Positions 39,316 through 40,544 of a stretch of 40,544 nucleotides of DNA are shown here, piece after piece; within the stretch, counting starts at the first letter, position 1; every line of letters starts with the position of its first letter. The notes beneath the pieces were generated by a model, which saw nothing but the letters and a program-made list of their open reading frames with translations, was not told the origin of the DNA and did not search any database. Source of the stretch: Luteibacter sp. GTDB taxonomy: Bacteria > Pseudomonadota > Gammaproteobacteria > Xanthomonadales > Rhodanobacteraceae. The position numbers and the translations under genes were made by a program. The DNA is taken from the NCBI GenBank assembly GCA_035603855.1, contig DATNJP010000440.1:1-40544 (forward strand), in the 5' to 3' direction.

Positions 39316-39491
39316 GCCTCATGAACGGTGTGAAGAAATGATGTCGAAGCACTAGCCGTCATCCTGAACGGAACGAATTTCCCGGCACGAATCGTTCACG
39401 GATGCGCTGTTTCCATAGGCCCCGCGAACCGGCAGCCACAGTGCGCGGCGCCATCGCCAGCCCCATTCAGTGCGAGACAAAGGAGTTCACC

Positions 39492-39863
39492 ATGACCCAA
39501 GCCAATTTCCGTAAGGCCCTGTTTGCCGCCGCCCTCGTCGCCGGTCTCGGCACTGTCCCGTTCGCACAGGTGAATGCCCAGGACTCCGCCGCGGCCGCCT
39601 CGAAGGGCGACAACCAGACCGTTGCCGGCAAGGCCGACGACACGTGGATCACCACGAAGGTCAAGTCCGAATTCGCCGCCAACAAGAGCGTCAAGGCCAC
39701 CGATATTTCGGTCAGCACCAACGACGGCGCGGTCACCCTGACGGGTACGGTCGCCACGGCGAAGGAAAAGAGCCACGCCGAATCGATCGCCAAGAAGGTG
39801 AAGGGCGTGAAGAGCGTCGACGCCAGCGGCCTGACCGTTTCGGCTGCCGCTGCCGACAAGTAA
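39492..39863 (+). CDS. BON domain periplasmic protein (OsmY-like, single BON)
   Basis: Signal peptide; 'DDTWITTKVKS', 'ISVSTNDGAVTLTG', 'VKGVKSV'; AAGGAG ribosome-binding site. Confidence 0.9.
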   Translation: MTQANFRKALFAAALVAGLGTVPFAQVNAQDSAAAASKGDNQTVAGKADDTWITTKVKSEFAANKSVKATDISVSTNDGAVTLTGTVATAKEKSHAESIAKKVKGVKSVDASGLTVSAAAADK

Positions 39864-39885
39864 GCGTCACATAGCGCAGATGCGC

Positions 39886-39913
39886 AAAGGGAGCCGCAAG
39901 GCTCCCTTTTTTT
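39886..39913. terminator. Rho-independent terminator, probably bidirectional
   Basis: AAAGGGAGCC-gcaa-GGCTCCCTTT plus T-run, between convergent BON and pilU genes. Confidence 0.88.
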
Positions 39914-39931
39914 GTTGCGGGCTTCGGCTTC

Positions 39932-40544
39932 TCAGCGGTGCAACATGCCACCGAACGTGTTGCGATCGTTGCTCTTGTCGATCTCGACGCCTTCGAGGCC
40001 CTGCGAGAGCGTATGCGCATCGCCACCCTGGGCGAGCTTGATGCGCAGGCGGACTTCGTTGGAGCTGTCCGCGTGGCGCAGCGCATCCTCGTAGGAGATC
40101 TCGCCGGCGTGGTAGAGCTCGACCAGGCTCTGGTCGAACGTGCGCATGCCAAGCTGGTTGGAATCGCGCATGAGCTCCTTGAGCTTGTGGATCTCGCCCT
40201 GGCGAATGTAATCCTGCGCAAGCGGCGTACCCAGCAACACTTCCACCGCCACGCGACGTGCCTTGCCATCCGGTGTCGGGATCAGCTGCTGGGCGACGAT
40301 GCCCTTCAGGTTCAGCGACAGGTCCATGAACAGCTGTTGGCGGCGGTCTTCCGAGAAGAAGTGAAGGATGCGGTCCAGCGCCTGGTTGGCATTGTTCGCG
40401 TGAAGCGTGCACAGGCAGAGGTGGCCGGTTTCCGAGAAGTTGATGGCATGCTCCATCGTCTCGCGGGTACGCACTTCGCCGATCATGATCACGTCGGGCG
40501 CCTGGCGCAGCGTGTTCTTCAGCGCGTTTTCCCAGCTGTCGGTG
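39932..40544 (-). CDS. pilU: Type IV pilus retraction ATPase PilU (5' truncated by window)
   Basis: 'LKNTLRQAPDVIMIGEVR', 'ETGHLCLCTLHANNANQALDRI', 'GMRTFDQ', PilU-type tail 'ALRHADSSNEVRLRIKL'. Confidence 0.92.
   Translation of the reverse strand, partial: TDSWENALKNTLRQAPDVIMIGEVRTRETMEHAINFSETGHLCLCTLHANNANQALDRILHFFSEDRRQQLFMDLSLNLKGIVAQQLIPTPDGKARRVAVEVLLGTPLAQDYIRQGEIHKLKELMRDSNQLGMRTFDQSLVELYHAGEISYEDALRHADSSNEVRLRIKLAQGGDAHTLSQGLEGVEIDKSNDRNTFGGMLHR

Overview
High-GC gammaproteobacterial chromosome segment; gene order and protein style suggest a xanthomonad, probably Rhodanobacteraceae (inference). Left to right: 3' part of a YbbP-type ABC permease; rimI, a HolD-like gene and pssA; a DUF4124 protein and proS; an apparently inserted secreted GH18-like gene; H-NS; ThrE, NfeD and SPFH genes; a sensor kinase plus sigma-54 activator sitting downstream of a MacAB-like exporter operon with one adaptor, one ATPase and four permeases (two paralogous pairs), preceded by a consensus sigma-54 promoter, an IHF-like site and a triple-palindrome enhancer; a Fur-boxed hemP plus HemS-like pair with no receptor; the Pil-Chp cluster pilGHIJ-chpABC (no pilK, degenerate ChpB); gshB-tonB; yqgE-ruvX-pyrB; a large lipoprotein; a BON protein; and the 3' end of pilU. 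No tRNA, rRNA, CRISPR array or transposase was seen. The best candidate for an uncharacterised system is the sigma-54-controlled four-permease sensing/export module at 10056-20125. All assignments are by eye from motifs; no database searches were run.
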